64,000 nt of DNA from Camelus ferus (lineage: Eukaryota). The DNA lies in contig NC_045698.1 of the NCBI RefSeq assembly GCF_009834535.1, positions 498,001-562,000 on the forward strand, written 5' to 3'. Below are positions 61,901 through 64,000 of the stretch, piece after piece. Position 1 is the first letter of the stretch. Every line of letters begins with the position of its first letter. The notes beneath the pieces are model-generated. The model worked only from the letters and a program-made list of their open reading frames with translations. It had not been told where the DNA came from and ran no database searches. The translations under genes were made by a program, and so were the position numbers.

Positions 61901-63373
61901 GAGGGCAGAGGTCAGCACCCTCCCAGAGGTACTGGTGGACAATGAAAAAGTGCCAGCTTGTGTCTGAGAAGATGGGCGTTCAGAGTAAGGCCCTCATGCT
62001 GCATTAGGCAGTGTTTGTTAAATTTTTACAAATTGGCAAGAAAGGAAAATGGAATCTTGTAGGGGCGGGTGTAGCTCAGCGGTAGAGGTGCACGCTCAGC
62101 GCGCGCGAGGTCCTGGCTTCCATCTCCAGTACCTCCATTAAGTAAATAAATGAACAAGCAAACAACAAACAAATAAAAACAAAGTAAATAAGACTAATTA
62201 CCCCTGCCCCAAAAAAAGCGTGAAGAAAAAAACCAAGTTAAAAAAAAAGCTCATTAGAAACGGAAGCTGTTGCTTTGATAAGCAGAGTAAACAGTTAAAC
62301 AGTTAGGGCAGGAGCTTGGTGCTTTGGGGAAGAGGAAAGTGTTTGGTCCTGCTGCTTGGACACAGAGAGACATGTGAGCACCAGGAACCCCAGGTGCATG
62401 AGCTCGAGGCCCAGGCTGGTGGCACTTTCAGGCTCTCAGGTGTCCTTGTGATCCACAGGTGGGGAAGGGAAGGCCTGAAATGGAGCAGAGCCTCGAAAGA
62501 CAGTTAGAATTTGGATAAACTGGAGAGAATTCAGGAAGACCGCGGGCGTTGTGTGTACGGGTGACCTCAGGTGGTGATGCTGGCGGGAGGGGGGGCCTCA
62601 GAGGTACTGTCTGTTGAAGAGATTTAAAGTTATTGTGGTGGGACAGAGGACAGCGGTTCAGAGACTTGTGCAAAAATTCTTCGAGACGTTGAACCAGCCT
62701 GGTTTCTTGGGGAACCCAAGTGCCAGCTGGGTACCCACCTCATCCTGTGCCGTGCACGGTGTCAGGGCAGCGAGGAGCCTGTCCCTCCTGGAGCAGTGGC
62801 TGAGGCCTGCGGGAGACCAGCCCCCCTGTGAGGGGCTGTCAGGGAGGGACATCAGGGACTAGTCACGACACGTGTGGCTGTCCGTGTGGTGTTGACGTCC
62901 CCAAGCTGGTTACGTTCACAGGAAGAGCGAAGGCCTCAGCGGTCGGGTCCTGAGAAAACTCCCTTTCCTGGCGCACGCGCTGTACATTCAGGTGAGCCCC
63001 CGGCCGCCCTCTGCTCTGGGCCCTGCTTCACCACCGCCTCTTCTGTCCGGCGGGATGTGGCCTCACTGAGGCCCCCTTGCCACCGTTGGGGCTTTGCCTC
63101 ATTTCATTGTTTCTAACGTGATGGGCTCCTCAGGCCGCGGGAGGCGGGGCCGGGTGCCTGCCCACGTCCTTCGGCACATCGGGGGCTCACGTCCAGGCCT
63201 CCCTGCCTCCTCAGGTGCTCGCGCTGGGTGGGCCCCGCCGAGCGCCAGGACCTCCGCGATGCCACCTGTCTTTCCAGGCCCCCACCGTCACCGTCGAGGG
63301 CTTCCTCCAGGCCCTGTCTCTGGCAGTGGACAAGCAGTTTGAGGAGAGAAAGAAGCTCTCCTCCTGCATGTGA
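46908..63373 (+). CDS. TRIP13: Pachytene checkpoint protein 2 homolog TRIP13/PCH2 (AAA+ ATPase, HORMA-domain remodeller), 13 exons, 1299 nt, 432 aa
   Basis: join(46908-46999,47762-47927,52088-52217,52917-52972,53659-53749,54832-54904,57506-57569,58341-58427,58645-58751,59729-59882,61617-61729,62922-62991,63278-63373) is one open frame with Walker A GPPGTGKT, pore loop [12 protein letters not shown], Walker B VFVLIDE, sensor TTSN, AFVDRAD and GLSGRVLRK. Confidence 0.98.
47762..47927 (+). CDS. TRIP13: TRIP13 exon 2 ([11 protein letters not shown]...KVKDSQ)
   Basis: 166 nt; tcctag acceptor, gtaact donor. Confidence 0.96.
48679..48795 (+). mobile_element. Small L1 remnant (ORF2 piece joined to a 3'-end piece with A tail)
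   Basis: [16 protein letters not shown], then tataactgaatca...tagttcaattaaaaaaaa. Confidence 0.55.
49189..51995 (-). mobile_element. Decayed LINE-1 ORF2 segment in TRIP13 intron 2 (antisense to TRIP13)
   Basis: ORF2 start [14 protein letters not shown] at 51858; SDHNG; RT motifs [14 protein letters not shown] and [13 protein letters not shown]; multiple frameshifts; no 3' tail. Confidence 0.92.
52088..52217 (+). CDS. TRIP13: TRIP13 exon 3 (PIDLSAC...ANHWVLPA)
   Basis: 130 nt; tcacag acceptor, gtacct donor. Confidence 0.95.
52917..52972 (+). CDS. TRIP13: TRIP13 exon 4 ([18 protein letters not shown])
   Basis: 56 nt; tctcag acceptor, gtgagt donor. Confidence 0.95.
53659..53749 (+). CDS. TRIP13: TRIP13 exon 5 (LLDYVMTT...WNRVVLLH)
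   Basis: 91 nt; actcag acceptor, gtaaag donor. Confidence 0.95.
54832..54904 (+). CDS. TRIP13: TRIP13 exon 6 (Walker [18 protein letters not shown])
   Basis: 73 nt; ttacag acceptor, gtaact donor. Confidence 0.96.
55050..56385 (-). mobile_element. Patchy ancient L1M fragments in TRIP13 intron 6
   Basis: T-rich L1-like tracts such as ttcagtgtaattttcatctctgac...ttccatttggttcctttt. Confidence 0.45.
56733..56757. repeat. Homopolymer C25
   Basis: 25 consecutive C. Confidence 0.9.
57506..57569 (+). CDS. TRIP13: TRIP13 exon 7 ([21 protein letters not shown])
   Basis: 64 nt; tcttag acceptor, gtaagt donor. Confidence 0.96.
58341..58427 (+). CDS. TRIP13: TRIP13 exon 8 (SGKLVTRMF...VFVLIDE, Walker B)
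   Basis: 87 nt; ttccag acceptor, gtaggt donor. Confidence 0.96.
58645..58751 (+). CDS. TRIP13: TRIP13 exon 9 (VESLTAAR...LTQIDQIK)
   Basis: 107 nt; ccacag acceptor, gtagca donor. Confidence 0.95.
59729..59882 (+). CDS. TRIP13: TRIP13 exon 10 ([11 protein letters not shown]...AFVDRAD...EELMK)
   Basis: 154 nt; ctgcag acceptor, gtgcct donor. Confidence 0.95.
60265..60426. repeat. 34-bp minisatellite, about 4.7 copies, TRIP13 intron 10
   Basis: Unit gactgggaggtcacagctcacagggcggtcacgg repeated head to tail with small variants. Confidence 0.92.
61617..61729 (+). CDS. TRIP13: TRIP13 exon 11 ([11 protein letters not shown]...LLSEIS)
   Basis: 113 nt; ccacag acceptor, gtgtgt donor. Confidence 0.95.
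62062..62250 (+). mobile_element. tRNA-derived SINE (camelid Vic-1-like) in TRIP13 intron 11
   Basis: ggggcgggtgtagctcagcggtagag...gaggtcctgg...ccagtacctccattaa head, AAAT/AAAC-rich middle, taattacccc...aaaa tail. Confidence 0.85.
62922..62991 (+). CDS. TRIP13: TRIP13 exon 12 ([23 protein letters not shown])
   Basis: 70 nt; tcacag acceptor, gtgagc donor. Confidence 0.95.
63278..63373 (+). CDS. TRIP13: TRIP13 exon 13 CDS ([13 protein letters not shown]...KKLSSCM-stop)
   Basis: 96 nt; ttccag acceptor; TGA at 63371-63373. No AATAAA seen before the window end. Confidence 0.95.
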   Translation, partial: APTVTVEGFLQALSLAVDKQFEERKKLSSCM

Positions 63374-64000
63374 ACCGAGTCCCCGCCCACGTTCTCGGTG
63401 AGCTCACAGCTAGGAAGCAGCATGGCTTCCCTCCGGCCCGGCCGCCCTGGGGGCCTCCGAGCCCACGGCTGGGGCCCGCAGGCTGGGACCCGCAGGCCGG
63501 GGCGCTCGCGGAGCGTGCTGTATTCTCATAGTTCTAAGTGCACGTCAGCAGACGAGCAGCCTGTCGTTCTGCTGCTTCGAGAGAGGATCACCGAGCTCTC
63601 TGTGGAGGACTGTCCCGGATCCCGCCTCCGTGATTGGACCCAGAGTGCTGACAGGTTTTGCTTAGGAAAGATGGCTGATGTCAGGTTTACGCGAGCAGAG
63701 GGGAGACTGTGTCGTCCCAGATAAGAGCGTGATCACGGCGTCGAAGCCGTGCACGTCCCGCCAGACGGGGCGGCGGCCCTTCCTCCCGTGAGCGTGTGTG
63801 TTCAGTGCAGACGTTTCGGGGGCTGTCTGATGAATAAGAAAAGCCCGTTCCTGTGTTACAGAAATCGAGGAACAAATTCTAGGTCAAGTGTTCTCCGCAG
63901 GAAGCAGACGCGGTGCTGTTTGTGGGAGAGCTGCGGCTGGCCTGGGGCGGCCTCCCTGGCGGCCAGCGCGGGAGCATCACGGGGACACCCCGACTTGTTT

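Overview
Mammalian genomic DNA, most likely a camelid judging by tRNA-derived SINEs with the camelid-type tail and artiodactyl-type L1s. It carries the syntenic block ZDHHC11 (-), BRD9 (-) and TRIP13 (+). All three genes were reconstructed exon by exon from splice sites and translation. ZDHHC11 has 8 coding exons (about 319 aa; last two exons less certain). BRD9 has 16 exons (596 aa, or 616 aa with an alternative exon-7 acceptor). TRIP13 has 13 exons (432 aa). BRD9 and TRIP13 are head-to-head on a CpG-island promoter with only 328 nt between the ATGs. Introns hold decayed L1s, SINEs, MaLR LTRs, MER elements and a 34-bp minisatellite. Notable signals: a U12 (minor spliceosome) intron in ZDHHC11, a GC-AG intron in BRD9, a CDE-CHR element next to ETS sites in the shared promoter, a consensus CTCF site in the BRD9 3' UTR, a rearranged near-full-length L1 and nested L1 insertions. 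There is also a speculative chain of small exon-like segments that could splice BRD9 in frame to ZDHHC11. I cannot demonstrate a new biological system from the sequence alone. Almost all ORFs in the supplied track are spurious GC-rich frames. Comparisons to human proteins and repeat consensuses are from memory, not from searches.
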